Of a DNA stretch of 64,000 bases, positions 14,021 to 28,789 are shown in pieces. A program made the translations under genes and the position numbers. The notes under the pieces are model-generated. The model was not told the origin of the DNA and made no database searches. It saw nothing but the letters and a program-made list of their open reading frames with translations. Position 1 is the first letter of the stretch. Every line of letters starts with the position of its first letter. Source of the stretch: Octopus vulgaris (Eukaryota); the NCBI GenBank assembly GCA_951406725.2, contig OX597831.1, positions 17,360,001-17,424,000 on the forward strand. The letters are read 5' to 3'.

Positions 14021-14550
14021 GTCTGTGAGCGTTTGAATGTATCATCGTATATTCATCTTCATCACCTAATGTTGAGATTTACCAGCAGTAAATTTAGCGA
14101 ACTAGTCACTGATGACGTTGAATTTGAAACCAACACAGTAGAAGAAAGGTATCAGCAATTCAATGATGATATCTCAGGCCTGTCAACTCAGTGTGGCGCA
14201 AGAGGACAAATATATACAGGTTCAAACTCCCGGTAGGGTTTGACTAATTCACCCATTGCTGTTTCAGTAATACGAAATGTACAAGATATGAGGCAAAGCA
14301 CTGGAGATCGTAAAAACGTTCCACATTTTGCAGCAGTTTTCCCTATCCAAACATAATTCCTTAATTCGTCTAAATATCATTAAATATTTCTCTCAGTTCG
14401 ATAATATAATGTTAAACGTAATATGAAGTTAGTGTGTTCCTATTAACGAGGCATCAGATTTCCGATAATAATGGAATCTAGCACAGGTAACATAAATTTT
14501 GCAAAACAATAAATATATTTTGAAGCAGTAATTATAAAGAAATGACGTAC

Positions 14551-14577
14551 CTCGCTTCCATTAAGACTGCTTATTTT
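14551..14577 (-). CDS. Gene D exon 4 (27 nt, KISSLNGSE)
   Basis: tttggtttacag|...GAG|gtacgt, phase 0-0. Same 27-nt length as gene A exon 4, with K1 and N6 conserved. Confidence 0.72.
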
Positions 14578-15049
14578 CTGTAAACCAAATAAAATATATT
14601 TCTTGAAAATAAATCCAACAAATTAGTATGTTTTGTATATTGACATATACATAGTAATATATACATGGATTCTAATATACTAGTCTCATTATAAAGATTG
14701 TTTAATATGCACAAATGAAATTATCAGCTGTATCAACATATTTTAATGCAATAATCACTCAGCGATCTGTTTTTTCTCATAAAATATAATCCCCTGCCAC
14801 ATATTAATTTGTTTACAAATTTCTGGAAGATCGATTATGAGGAATAATAAAGATTTGTATTTGTCGAAAGAAGTTACTTCTCGTTATGAATGTAGAAATA
14901 TTTCTAATTCATACTTGAGTATTCCAATTTCGTTGATTAGAATTAAACTGAAGTTTCGGTGCAAGCTAAAAGCACGATTTAGAAAATGACCTTTAATTCT
15001 GTGTATCATAGGAACGAAACAATTATCATAGTGATAAAAGTTCACTTAC

Positions 15050-15134
15050 TTTACAAGTAGTTTTCGATTTAAATAAGTTATGACACACCGGGAAGATAGA
15101 ATGACGAAAGCACTCAAAAAATATTTCGAGCAAC
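15050..15134 (-). CDS. Gene D exon 3 (85 nt, LLEIFFECFRHSIFPVCHNLFKSKTTCK)
   Basis: ctttcatttgcag|G...AAA|gtaagt, phase 2-0. Identical length and Cys spacing to gene A exon 3. Confidence 0.88.
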
Positions 15135-15187
15135 CTGCAAATGAAAGGTGAAATGAGAATTCCATAGGTGCATCCATACATGCAGTC

Positions 15188-15235
<48 letters not shown>

Positions 15236-16096
15236 CAATAAATGGTGGGGTTGTGTTGACCGCACGTGAAGGAATGGTGGGCGAGGAAAAATTATAGAAA
15301 GGCAGAATGCGAAACTGAAGGTGAATTTTAATAAAAATGGGTGTATGGAAAATTTTAAAAATTAGAAAATTATTAACTCTAACCGGTTTTTATCGTAATG
15401 CAAATTTTCAAGAATTCAAAGGTGAAAAGACATTTTTTTAGCATTTAGTTAGGGGAAAAAAGAAATTTACAATGTTTCTTTTTTCAAAAAAATAATAATA
15501 AACATATAAAAAATAAAACAATAAGTGATTTCAATGATAGTCCTAGAAAAAATTCCAATGTGATTAAACGGGATGTAAAGATAGAATCACTACACAAGAA
15601 AGAATTAACAAGGAGAATGTTTGTATTGAAAAAGAAATATGCAAACTCGAGGATGACCATACTCCTTTTTTCTAAGATTCTATCTGACAAAAAATAATCC
15701 CAATTGAAGAGCATATAATCCACAGAGATGTCTCTCACTATTCACAGGAACTGGATAACTCCTACCCCATGTCCTGCTTTGACATTCATTTAAGACACGC
15801 CGTAGACTAAGGACCACGTTTAATCACATGTATCTTAATCCTCCAAGGAAATTTTTCCAAGGACTATCATTGAACTCAAAAAACAAAGACTTTGCAACGT
15901 ATCGGTGTACCTATTTTAAAATGTTTGTATATGTTTATTATTATTTTTTGAAAAAACATTGTAAATTTCTTTTTTCCCCTTTCTAAATTTTAATTAAAAA
16001 TTTCATTTCACCTTTCAATGCTTGAAAATTTATATTGCGATGAAAACCGATAGAGTTATTATTTTTCTAATTTTTTATTTTTTCCTCGCATATATG

Positions 16097-16316
<220 letters not shown>

Positions 16317-16368
16317 CATATACATATATATATATATACATATACATATACATATATATATATATATA

Positions 16369-16449
<81 letters not shown>

Positions 16450-16469
16450 TATATAAAACTTAGATATGT

Positions 16470-17105
16470 TTCGACCAAAAATTGGTCCAGACCATGTCTA
16501 ACTTAATAGCACCACAGGATTATTCAAATCCTGTTTAAGTGAAGTTTTGTTTATGGTCCATTCAAATAGTGAGTTCTTGTTGGGTGAGTCGTATCCAATT
16601 AGGGGTGGCTTATCTGGTATTCTTTGAAGGAATCTATCCAGACTCGTTTAAAGTTGATGGGATCCTTTTCCTCTTTGATCTCTTTCGGGACAATGTTAAA
16701 TAGGGCAGGGCCTGTTGAGGAATAGAAATTATGTTGCAGTGTACATGTATGCTGTGATCTTGAATTGGGCAGGGGACATATGGCCCGTGGTCCCAGTCTT
16801 GGATGAACCTCGAAGCTAATGTTCAGGTCGTTTGCGCAAAGTTGGCGGTATATTCTCCACATCGTACAAATGATGTACCGCTAACGGCGAGAGAGTAAAG
16901 TTTCAAGGCTTTAAGGCAATCCTAATAATCGATAGAAGCAATGCCTTCAATTCGCTTAGTGAGTGCCCTCTGGGGTGACTCAATCCTGGAGAAGTTTTGT
17001 CTTGTATAGGGAGACCATAGTGGGAAGCAGTATTCAAGGTGCGGCCGTACAAAGGAGGAGAAAAATGGTATGATAACACCTTGTCCTCTGGACCGGCTAG
17101 TTCTT
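16470..17105 (-). mobile_element. CR1-clade LINE 3' fragment
   Basis: [16 protein letters not shown]...[12 protein letters not shown] and downstream GPALFNIVPKEIK...FKR, typical of the CR1 ORF2 C-terminus. Confidence 0.8.
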
Positions 17106-17112
17106 AAGATCC

Positions 17113-17165
<53 letters not shown>

Positions 17166-17188
17166 CATATATATATATATACATATAC

Positions 17189-17240
<52 letters not shown>

Positions 17241-17280
17241 AAACATGTACATATAAATATACGTATATATACACACACAA

Positions 17281-17370
<90 letters not shown>

Positions 17371-17461
17371 ATATATATATGTATATATATATGTATATAT
17401 ATATGTGAATGTATGAATATAAACATATATATTACTAAATTATTGGATTACTAGATGGTTT

Positions 17462-17546
17462 ACGTCTTCAAGCTCCGAGGAAAGTGTTTACAGGACCTTT
17501 TCCACTAGTACAATTAATTTGTCCGTTTGGTAAACACTTCGACAGT
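17462..17546 (-). pseudogene. Degenerate duplicate of exon 3 inside gene D intron 2
   Basis: ACT GTC GAA GTG TTT ACC AAA (TVEVFTK) matches gene A AAEVFDK, and C-x6-LK is retained. The acceptor AG is lost and there are in-frame stops. Confidence 0.4.
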
Positions 17547-17645
17547 TGTATCTAATATTAACACACAGGGTTAAGTTTTGCATAAAGCTCCCTCCAATGT
17601 GCTTCAAGCATTTTCTGCAATGACTGATGGAACTCCGACTACACT

Positions 17646-17716
<71 letters not shown>

Positions 17717-18079
17717 GTTCATATAATATATACATAAAGAGAGAGAGAGAGAGAGAGAGAGATGTGTAAGGAGAAAGCAGAAATATTGTCCTACATCAAT
17801 TTACTAAAACGATTTCAATTCCAAACAATATCACACGCATAGAAGCTAGAATTGTGTCCGTTTGTGTGTGTATGTGTATGTGTGGGTGCGTGTGTGTGTG
17901 TACGTCTGTGTGTGTGTGGTTGTGCGTGTGTGCTTGTTTCTGTGAGTATGTATTGCAAATAATCTTATCTCAGTGTGGTTACAATGTGTCTGGTTAAACT
18001 TTCATGTGCACTTTTTATGTAAATATGTTAGTTTCAAGTTTCGATGAAATATATCAGTTTGCAAATATTTGATACTTAC

Positions 18080-18179
18080 ACGCAATCCTTTTTCCTGAAA
18101 TTAGATACTCTATATTCATTCGGACACTCATCCTCCGCTGCAGTTCTACAAACACTTTCCAGGTCTTTGGGTGATTCAC
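18080..18179 (-). CDS. Gene D exon 2 (100 nt, GESPKDLESVCRTAAEDECPNEYRVSNFRKKDCV)
   Basis: ttttgcatgtatag|GT...GT|gtaagt, phase 1-2. Gap-free alignment to gene A exon 2 (C-x7-CP-x2-Y-x8-DC). Confidence 0.88.
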
Positions 18180-18531
18180 CTATACATGCAAAAAAATTAT
18201 TTACAAAACATAAAACTCCCAAAACACTTCTGTTGATGTTTTGAATTAAAACAAATTCCTAGCAGAAAAGAGAGCAAATTCATTTCATAGATATGTAAAT
18301 TCAAGTGAAAATGAAATATTGTAAGAAAACACTGATATTTAAATTCACTCTTCTATTTACAGAAAGACAGACACACATACAAACGCACACGCACATCAGG
18401 CACAAACATATATGTCGTTGCACAGGTGTGTTTTTGACTATGTAAGTGTGCGTGTGCCTCTGCGCACCCATGTACGTTTGCATGTAAATATATATGTGTC
18501 TATGTATATATGTATGTATCTCTCTCTCTCT

Positions 18532-18568
<37 letters not shown>

Positions 18569-18638
18569 TATATTAATAATAATAATGATAACAACAACAA
18601 TAAGAAGAACAATAATAAAAATAATAATAATAATAATA

Positions 18639-18677
<39 letters not shown>

Positions 18678-18680
<3 letters not shown>

Positions 18681-21600
18681 TAGTTTTATTTTTTAAGCGT
18701 GCTTTCACTTCACTACCGAGCGCAGCTCTGTGTGCCTTGGGTATGTGCTGTGATTTGTTGTGATGCTCTGAAGGTTATTGTATGGAAAGTGTTCTGCGTA
18801 GGATGTGTGCAGTGCCTAGTAGTGCAATTGTCTGTATGTTATGTGTTTGTAAGTCCTGGTGTTTTTGTTATGTATTTTTCTGAATATTTTTTATCATGCC
18901 TAATGCACCTACTATGATAGGAATTGTTTCTGTTTTCAGGTCCCACATTCTGGTTACCTCCATTTCCAGGTCTTTGTATTTTGAAAGTTTCTCCATTTCT
19001 TTTAGAGACGCGTTGTCATCTTCCGGTATTGATACATCAATTAGAAAACATTTTTTTTTTTCATGATCTCTGACAACTATATCTGGTCTGTTGGCCTTAA
19101 TTTCTCTATCTGTGAGTATTGGCATATCCAAGAGTATGGTTGCTTTCTCGTTTTCTGTGACATTTTCTGGTGTGTGCCTATACCATCTATTTTCTAATTT
19201 TATTCCATAATGTTGGCATAGCTTCCAACTATGTCATGTCTGTGAATATATTCCTTCTTAGCCAGAACTGGGCAGCCGGAGATAATATGATTTGTTGTTT
19301 CTTGTCCATCTCCACATATTCTGCAGTTACTTGTTATATTTCTTTTCATTACATGTTTTTGGTAATTTCTGGTGGGAAGGCTTTGGTCGTGTGCTGCAAT
19401 TGAAAATGCCTCTGTCTCTGCTTTGAGTCCTGAGCTTCTCAACCATTGTTGGGATTTTTCTTTGTCTATTTTTTGGCATTCAGTTTAGTCCAGTATTTGC
19501 CATGAAGGGGCTTTTCTTGCCATCGATTTATCATCGTTCGTTGCTGTTCTATTTTTAGTTTGGATTTCATTTGTTTTATAGCTTTTGTTGTTTCTTCATC
19601 TTCTTCATATTTGTTAGGTGGTATGAAATTTTGTTTGTATTTGTCAGCTTCCTTAAATACTGAGAACAGCTTTTGTTTTGCTCGTGTTTTACCGCTATTT
19701 GTATCAGTTTTCCTTCCTTCTGAAGTAGATATTTTTGCAGTCCTATGCTGGTTATTTCATAGTAGTTTTCCAGCTGTGTAAGGCATCTATACGTTGTATA
19801 TATAGCCTTTCTATGTCAGATTTTGTGTGATGCATCCTAGATCCTGTCATTATTTTTCTTGTTTTCCTATCTATTTTGGTCAGTTCATTTCGTGTCCAAA
19901 TAAGGATATTGTAGCTGTAACTTATAACTCTGAAGTGTTAATACATATTATCTTGTTTTTAGCATTGAGCTCTGTTTTTAGTATTGATCTAACTCGTCTA
20001 TAATATTCTTTATTTATTTTCTCTTTCATTTGTGTGTGTTGTGACTTATCTAGTTCATGGATTCCTAAATATTTGTAAGTTTGGCTTTGGTCTAATTCTT
20101 GTATTTCATTGGTTTTATCTAGTGTGATGTTGCTACACTTAATTAGTTTTCCTCTTTTCAGGCTTATTTAGCACACTTTTATCAACCAAATTTCATATGT
20201 TTTCCTTTGGTGAATCCATAAACTCTCTTTAGTAGTGTTCCCAGCCGTTTGTCATTTGTAGCGTATAGATTTAGGTCGTCCATATATAAATGGTGGCTGA
20301 TCCTTTTGCCGTAACATTTATATCCGCATCCAGTTCTGTGTAGCATATCAGATAGAGGTGACAGTGACAAGCAGAAAGGGAGTGGAGAGAGCGTGTCTCC
20401 CTGGAATATTACTTTTATAATGGGGATGGCTTTAATTTTCACAAGTCCCTCTATTGTTTGGAGCTGTAGCACTATTTGCCATTTATTCATAGTGTCCTAT
20501 ATATTTTATAATTGTTGGTGCAACTTTGTTCATGGCTAGTGTTTCGAGGATCCATGTGTGGGAGATGCTATCAAACGACTTTTTGTAGTCGATCCATGCC
20601 ATACTGAGGCCTTTTCTGTTCCTGTGGCTGTCTTCGGTTATGGCTTTATTGATCATTATTTGATCTTTACAGCCATATGAGCCTTTGCGGCATCTTTTCG
20701 CTCCTCTGGAAAAATGTTGTTTTCGTCCATGTGCTTGTTCAATCTTTGTGATACTACTGCAGTGAATGCTTTGTACATTGTAGGAGACAGGTTATTGGTC
20801 TGTAGTTTTCTGGTTTTGCTGTCTTATTGGATTTTGGAAGTAAGATGGTTTTTCCCCTTCGTGAGCCATTCAGGCATCGTCTCCGTCTCTGCCAGTGTGT
20901 TATTAAAGTTTTCTTCCACCTTTTTGTGAATTCCTGTCAGATATTTCAACCAGAAGTTGGGGATCTTGTCATGTCCAAGTTGTTTCCAGTTACTTAGACG
21001 TTGTAGTGCCTGGGTGACCCCTTAAGTTGTCATGGGTGTCCAAAGTTGCTCAGAACGCTAAGTTTGTTGTTTAATACCTCTTTTTTTATTTTGGTTGTTC
21101 ATTCGCCGACCATATTTCTTTCCAGAATTCTTCCAATTCTTCTGCCGTTGGTGCTGCAGTGATGTCTTTTTTTTTGCCAAGTTCATGGTAGAACTTTTTG
21201 TGGTTGGAGTTGAACTGCTTGTTTTGTTTTAAGAAACGTTCGCGTTTCTTGTACCGGCGGGTCCTTTGTGCTTTGGCAAGGATATCTTGCTTTAGTTTTT
21301 CTTTTATCTCGGGTAAATCTTTTTCTGTGATTTTGTATTTGCGGAGTATTTTTGTTTTCTTTTTGTTGCTTAGTAGCGTTGATTGTGTACTGATTTCATT
21401 AAGAATCGACAGATCTTTTCTTATTTTTTGTATTTTGTTTTGGATGTTATTTATCCACAGGGTTTGTTTGGGTGGTGGTACTCCTGTTTGGATGGGTTTG
21501 AGGGAGTATCCAGCTTCTTTTGTGGCTGCAGTAACTGCTGCATATCCTAAGTCATTTAGCTCAGTGATATCGCTTTTTGTTTCAGTGGCTATTAGTTCTG

Positions 21601-22672
21601 TGACGGCTAGTTTTATGCTGTTTATAATTGATGTTGTTTTTTTGTCTATTTTGATTTTTGAGATCTTTGGTTTTCAGTACTTTGATTATTCTACTTTTTG
21701 TAGTATAATAATCATTAGGCTCCCCTTCGTTGTTTCTAGGTTTTAGATTTGTGTTTCTTTCTTTCTCATTTGCATGTTTGCCTTTCGTGTTTTGGCTTGC
21801 TGCTTGTCGTGCATAAGTATGCATCCTTACGGTCAGGGTTTGTTGTTTATTGTTTACTTCTTTTTTGTTGGAAATGTTACGTTTGTGTTCGTGTTTTGCT
21901 ATCTCAATCTTTATATTATTTGGCATTGTAGTGTGGCTTTTATCTATGTTTTCCTGATTTATTTTTTCTTTTAAATATTCTATTTCTAGTTCTGATATTT
22001 TTGCGTTGAGAATATATCTTCGTAACTTAACTAGTTTATTGTGGTTCACTGCTGTATCCAAGTTTTATTTGTTGTTTTTCTTCCATATTTTATATGTATA
22101 TGTTGTTGTGTTTTCGTTCTTTGGGTAGAGCACTGCTGCAAAGTAAGCATGTAGTATAGAAATGTATTTCACACGTGTGCATTTATGCCTTTTTGGTTTT
22201 ATTTGCGGGACATGAGGAACCACGCCCGGCACATTATTTTGACGATCGACATTTTATTTCTGTTGCCACATTATTTTCGTCCTTCTTGCGTACCAAATTT
22301 AAAGTACGTACTTCCCGATTGTTATTCTTGGGTTGTATAATACCGGTATTATTTAATTTATTCGTAGTCTTTTTGTACATGGTGTTTGGGCCCGGTGATG
22401 ATCTGTTGTTGATGGATCGTAATGTATCAAGCATGTTTACATGGCTGGAGATAATATCGAGATAAAATACATCATTTCGTTTTGAAAATAACAATTAATT
22501 TCAATGAGTATTACTTACTCGCATATAGTCCAATCCTTTGTCAGTTATTTTTTGGCTCCATGCGATGTCTTTGTTTCCGATGTTTGTGGATAGATTTCGT
22601 AACACTATTTTATCGCTCTCACATGTTAAATGTCCCCCTGTATTCTCTGTTAAACGTCCCCCGGTGATCTGT
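18678..22672 (-). mobile_element. Degraded full-length R4/Dong-clade non-LTR retrotransposon (RT + RLE) in (TAA)n
   Basis: IFQGDTLSP, LYMDDL, CRICGDGQETTNHIISGCP, RHD, RPDIV, IDVSIP and KLSKY motifs. (ATT)n at both ends. Many stops and frameshifts. Confidence 0.9.
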
Positions 22673-22684
22673 TATTATTTTTAC

Positions 22685-22780
<96 letters not shown>

Positions 22781-22782
<2 letters not shown>

Positions 22783-23785
22783 TATGTTTGACTTTTGCTT
22801 TATTTCTGTACAAGTTGGCTCCAAGTCTCACCCAGAGACCTCAAGAGACAACAGGTTGGAAGTTCTGTGCCATATATTTGGGTTTTTTTTTGGTGTTGTA
22901 CTAGTGAATGTCTAGTACATAAAAAAAAATAATAAATAAATGAATAAAAAGTTTGTTTTAAACCTTGGGATTACATAGAGAGTATTTTGCGTAGGATATG
23001 AGCAGTTCCCATGAGCACTATCTTTTGAATTTCTGCCATTTTGGGGTTTCCTGGTATCTGAGTTAGGTAGCAATCAGTCCCTTTCGCTATCATTCGCAGG
23101 GAACCTATGACAACAGGTATTGTTTTAGTCTTCAGCTTCCACATTTTGCTGATTTCTATTTCAAGATCTTTATATTTGCTCAGTTTTTGGTAGGTCTTGA
23201 CAGATACGTTTATATAGATTGGGAGTTATATCAATGAGGAGGCATGTTCTTTGTCTGAAGTCTTTCAATATAATGTCTGGCCTATTTGCATCTATCTTCC
23301 TGTCAGTTTGAATGGGGAAGTTCCAGAGGAGTGAGATGTGGTCATTTTCAAGCACAGGAGGTGGATTGTGTTCCCACCAGTTTTTTTCATGGGGCAAATC
23401 CAGGTTTTTGCAAATTACCCAGTGAATATATTGTGCAGCTCTATCATGCCTACTGAGGTACTCTGTAGGCGCTAGAAGACTGCATTTGGAGACAACATGG
23501 TCAATGGTTTCATTTTGTTGTCAGCATACACGACATGTCGGCCTACTGCCGTTTTTAATATGTTGGCCTGGTAGTTTCTTGTTGGTAGGCATTGATCTTG
23601 AGCTGCTATGATTAACCCCTCTGTTTCAGATTTTAAGCCAGAGGCCATTAGCCATTGATGGGTCAGGGCTTTGTCGATATCTGCATTATTCGCTCTCTTT
23701 GGGTATTTGCCATAGAGAGGTTTTTCTTGCCATTTATTATTCAGAATATCTAAGGCCGCAGTTTTGACACGGGTTGTCATGCGCC

Positions 23786-23786
<1 letters not shown>
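22781..23786 (-). mobile_element. 5'-truncated R4/Dong LINE (second subfamily) in (TAA)n
   Basis: KWQEKPLYGKY, GLKSETEGLIIAAQDQ, RPDIIL. Flanked by (ATT)n. Confidence 0.85.
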
Positions 23787-23821
<35 letters not shown>

Positions 23822-23972
23822 GTAGTAGTAGTATTACTATTATTATTATTATTAGTAGTAGTAGTAGTAGTAGTATTACTATTATTATTATTATTGTTAT
23901 TATTATTATTATCATTATTATTATTATTATCATTATTATTATTATTATTATCATCATTATTATTATTATTAA

Positions 23973-24051
<79 letters not shown>

Positions 24052-24984
24052 TTACTAGGGAGTATAACTCCAAACTTACAGGGAAAAATTCAATTTAGTA
24101 TTAAATCAAATTACACAATATAAACATATATTTATAATTTTGAGTAAAAGCACAATTATGTAATTCAAACAATGATAGGCATTATTATATGAGTAAAAAC
24201 TTACTAACGTAAATTACTTTTGGATATGTACTAAATGTAAATTAATTTACTTATATAATACATTTAATTTATTAGTGAGGATTTATTTGGGAGTATTTAT
24301 TTGATATATAATATATATTTGGTATAAGTGATATTGTAGTTTATGTTTTTTGGTGGTGTTTTGTATATAAGTCAACACGGGTTTGTATTAAATAGTTAGA
24401 ATTAGATTTATTTTAGGTGTTTATTTAATTAATAAATATAATTTAGGAATGAATATTAATTCCATTAAATGTTTTTAGATTAACTTAAATATATAAAATT
24501 AGTGGTTGGAAAATTGAGACCGATTGAATAAGGACTGTGTTTATATAGAACGGATCCGGGGGGTAATTTTTTCGAATAAATGCGGGACTCCAGCGTCACC
24601 ATATTTATATGACTGAAACAAGTAAATTAGTTTAAGGGTAATAGAGAATATACAGTAAATTGCAATTATATAAATTAGTTTAACTGTTGTGAATTTGAAT
24701 ATATTTGTGTTTTACGTGTTTTCGCGATAATTTTAGAATTTTGAAGTTTCTAGTGAATGAGATCTTACAGTTTTAGTTATTTTATTCTCTTTTTGTTAAA
24801 GGTAAAATATATTTTGTAGACTTCATTGATGAAATGCATATTAGTATCTGTTTGTTCTATTTATTTAAGCCACGTCTTCACGAGTAAATTTATAAAAAGC
24901 TAAAAAGCTTTTCGCTTAAAAAATGAAATAATAATAACAATAAAAATAATAATATTTATAATCATAATAATAGTAATAATAATA

Positions 24985-25055
<71 letters not shown>

Positions 25056-25149
25056 CATAATAATAATAATAATAATAGTAATAATAATAATATTAATAAT
25101 AATAATAATATTAATAATATTGATGATGATGATAATGATGATGATAATA

Positions 25150-26400
25150 ATCGTGGCGCACTAATGTTCAACGGAATCATGGCGAAAGAAATTAAATAAG
25201 AAATATGGGTGGAATATGTGTAAAGACTAAGATTGGTGTTGCACTGAAAATTAACAAGAATAAAAACTAAGCAGTTGATACATGGTCAACAGCTTTACTT
25301 GCGTATTGAGCTCGAATCATAAACTGGCAAAAGAAAGAAATAAATGAAATGGATTGGAAGCCAAAAGCATTCGTGACAGTGTACATATCCTAAAAGTGAC
25401 AACGATAAGCTCTACCTGTCCAAGAGTAAAGGTTGCAGAAGAGCTTTGATATGTTGCCAGGATTGTATGGAGACAGATGGAAACACCTTATGGTGGTATG
25501 CAAAATATACTGCGGAGCCATGTTTGCAACATGTAAAGATATCCGACATCATTCAATTTGATAACTGTGTAAAGAAAGATAAACATTAAAAATAATAGAA
25601 TACACAGACATACAAACAAAATAAACATATCGCATGAAAAGGTGGAAATATAGTCAGTTTGGAAGAAATATGACTGGCAACAGAGGTACAGAAGGCCTGT
25701 GGTTAAGGTTGGGGAGGAGTGACCTGAAGATAGTGACAGAAGCAATTATATGCGCAGCATGAGAGACAGCATTAAGGAGAAACTTTGTGAAATGCAAATT
25801 TGACAAGACTTCCAATAGCGACCAATGAAGAAGTGGTGTAAAATAATATAGCATATGGCTAGCGAATTCTTGAAATTCGCACAAGGCGAATATATAAAAG
25901 GACAACATGACAATGTAGCAAGAATGACCCGTTAGCAGTTCTGTGAATATCAAGTTCTACAAAGTGGAAAGAAATGGTAATAGTATAGCCTAGAAGGTGA
26001 GAATGAATACTGCAGAATTTTGTGGGATGCATTCAATAGAGTGCGACCCCCTAAGCAGACTGCGGAAACCGAGCGTTGTTTTGGTAAATATAAAAGACAG
26101 AACATGCATGAAAATCGACTTAGCATATGGTGGTAAGAAAAAGATCAAGAAAAAGAAAAAAATATGAACAACTACGACAATTTGAAATGTGAAATACGAA
26201 AGGTGTGATCAATGATGAAAGAAGACGCGATACCAATAGTAACTGGTGCACATGATATTATCATCACTCGCCGACCAATATGAAACAAAATGATTGGTAA
26301 ATATGTAAAGGTTGAACTCCTGTAAAAATCAAAATTGCTTGGAGCTGCGAGGATTATTTGCAGGGTTCTTATAGCATGAATAGAAAACAAATGTCGCTTT
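25150..26400 (+). mobile_element. Old degraded R4/Dong LINE fragment
   Basis: Follows (TAA)n at 24930-25150. Remnants of the RLE C-terminus (KYEQLRQFEM, AIPIVTGA, KSKLLGAARII). Confidence 0.55.
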
Positions 26401-26778
26401 TGTTCTGCAGTGTATGTAAAGCTGCCACTTTCATTCATACTGAGCAAATTAAGCAAAGAAAGAATAAAAAAAATTAACAGTCCCTTTTACTAATGGCACA
26501 AGTCCGGAAATTTGGGGCAGCTGTCTAGACGGCAGTGTGTAACGAGTATTTATTGCATTGACCCCGAAAGGATGAAAGTAAACTCTGAACCTGATTATAT
26601 TTGGTTTCATATTGCGGGGACAGACGAAATGCAGCTTTTATTTACACATAGACACAAAAAAAAAGGAATAATGATTAAAATAAATATAGCTAATTTAGTA
26701 TTTAGACTGAGTAGTATAGAGAAATATGTTGAATATTATTCATTTATTAATTGGTAATGGAATAATCATGATACTCAC

Positions 26779-26821
26779 CACATACAGAAATGAAAAGGAA
26801 CGCAAAAATTTTCCTCATCAT
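26779..26821 (-). CDS. Gene D exon 1 (signal peptide MMRKIFAFLFISVC+G)
   Basis: ATG ATG AGG AAA ATT TTT GCG...TGT G|gtgagt, phase 1. Basic n-region plus hydrophobic core. Matches the phase of exon 2 at 18179. Confidence 0.78.
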
Positions 26822-27114
26822 TTTGTCTATTAAAAACCGCAGTAACTTATCAAAGAATTCTTGTAGACAACTTATCTTTAGTATGAACTATAATGTAACA
26901 TATGTCACTTCCCCGGATTATCTGTCGTTGTAGTAGTAAAGATTATGAAGCATTTGTTGGTATGGAGTCAGCTAACAGTGTTTAAATTATTGCTTTAAAC
27001 AGCAAGCTATCCATCACCATTAACTGTTTCCCAATTCATCAAGCTGTTTCTGTGTTTTCAAAAAACAGTTTTGCACAAACATCACCGAATTTAGCCCAAG
27101 ACGCGTTATATAAA

Positions 27115-27167
<53 letters not shown>

Positions 27168-27231
27168 TGTGTGTGTGTGCGTGCGTGCGCACATTTATAT
27201 ATAGATATAAATGTTTTTTTATGCTTATACA

Positions 27232-27283
<52 letters not shown>

Positions 27284-27326
27284 GAAATGAGGTAATCAGA
27301 ACATCGGATGGTTCATATCTATAGAT

Positions 27327-27559
27327 ACTCTTACTCTTTACTCTTTTACTTGTTTCAGTCATTTGACTGCGGCCATGCTGGAGCACCGCCTTTAGTCGAG
27401 CAAATCGACCCCAGGACTTATTCTTTTTAAGCCCAGTACTTATTCTATCGGTCTCTTTTGCCGAACCGCTAAGTGACAGAGACGTAAACACACCAGCATC
27501 GGTTGTCAAGCAATGCTAGGGGGACAAACACAGACACACAAACATATACACACACACTT

Positions 27560-27609
<50 letters not shown>

Positions 27610-27771
27610 TATCCGACAGGCTTCTTTCAGTTTCCGTCTACCAAATCCACTCACAAGGCATTGGTCGGCCCGGGGCTATAGCAGAAGACACTTGCCCAAG
27701 ATGCCACACAGTGGGACTGAACCCGGAACCATGTGGTTGGTTAGCAAGCAACTTACCACACAGCCACTCCT
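27327..27771 (-). mobile_element. tRNA-derived SINE
   Basis: Minus-strand head caggagtggctgtgtggtaag...ccgggttcagtcccac (A/B boxes), a ttgggcaagtgtctt core, an internal CA/TA tract and an (AAGAGT)-type tail. Related fragments near 24540, 26480, 38000, 42950 and 62060. Confidence 0.8.
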
Positions 27772-28789
27772 GTGATATTTATTTATATATTACATTTTTT
27801 ACATATATATATCTCATATCATTCAGATCATATCATTCAGATTATTAGCGCTTTCTCCCATTCTAGTGGGGTTTTCAAATCAAATTAATTCCTTTGTGGG
27901 GAATTTGATCATTTTATAGAGTTTCGTAGTTGTGGGGAGGAACAAGACAGTACAAGAGGGTGAAGTTGATGAGGAGGAAGTGAGAGAGAGAGAACATGTG
28001 TGTATGTGTATGTGTGTGTGTGTCTGTTTGTATCTGAGGCTAAAGAGAAAGAGGGGAAGGGAGAGGGAAGAAGTAGAAGGATTTCCTTTGGTCTGCTGGA
28101 CCCCAAAGGGAGTTCTAAGAATTTTGGCTTTTTGTCTATTTTGGTGTCACGGAGTGTGTGCTGGTGAGTAGGCAGGCCCTAAATTACACCTTTTATGATT
28201 TTGAGGATGGTCAAATACCATTTGGGGTCTAAGAACTCTTCTACTTTGTATGATCGTTTCGTGGAGGTATGTGTGTGTGTCTCTGTGTGTCCGTGTGTGT
28301 TTGTGTGCGTGTGTGTGTGTGTGTCTGTGTGTTTGGAGAAGGGGAGGGAGACAAAGAGAAAAAAGGTAAAATGAAAATAAAAATAAAAATAAGGGAGGAA
28401 ATGGAGAACACATTTTTTTTGTGTGTTGATATTTATACCACTACATATATATACACAGACTTATACATAAAATATTTGAAAAAGAAACCTTTTCTCGGTT
28501 CAAAATGAACAACTAAATTACACCATCTTGAAAATTGTATATCATAGGAAAGTTAAAATTAAAGTGACAATTAAAAAGTAAAGATGGAAGTAAATTATAA
28601 AGATAATAATATAATGTATATAACAGGCAATATATATATATATATATATATATACATACTTGCACACATATGTACGTTACATATATAGCCATTTAAACGT
28701 TTGCAATAATCACACACAGAAATGTAACAAACAATAATATACACACATTGAAGCACTGATACATCTAATACAAGCACATACATACACTG

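Noticed and set aside
14471-14790. Plus-strand ATG GAA TCT AGC ACA G|gt and cag|CT GTA TCA resembling gene A exons 1-2
   Set aside because: No hydrophobic core, no cysteines, and it is antisense to gene D introns. Likely chance.
16465-16500. Stem-loop followed by GAAAC as a hammerhead
   Set aside because: Lacks the CTGAnGA core. It is the 3' terminal stem-loop of the CR1 fragment.
17490-17635. Open Cys-containing phase-2 frame on the minus strand (KCLKHIGG...CVNIRYNC) as gene D exon 3
   Set aside because: The 85-nt exon at 15050-15134 matches gene A exon 3 exactly in length and Cys spacing. This frame does not.
24055-24930. Very AT-rich stretch as a mitochondrial insertion
   Set aside because: No recognisable mitochondrial gene or tRNA. 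Part of it is a decayed SINE tail.
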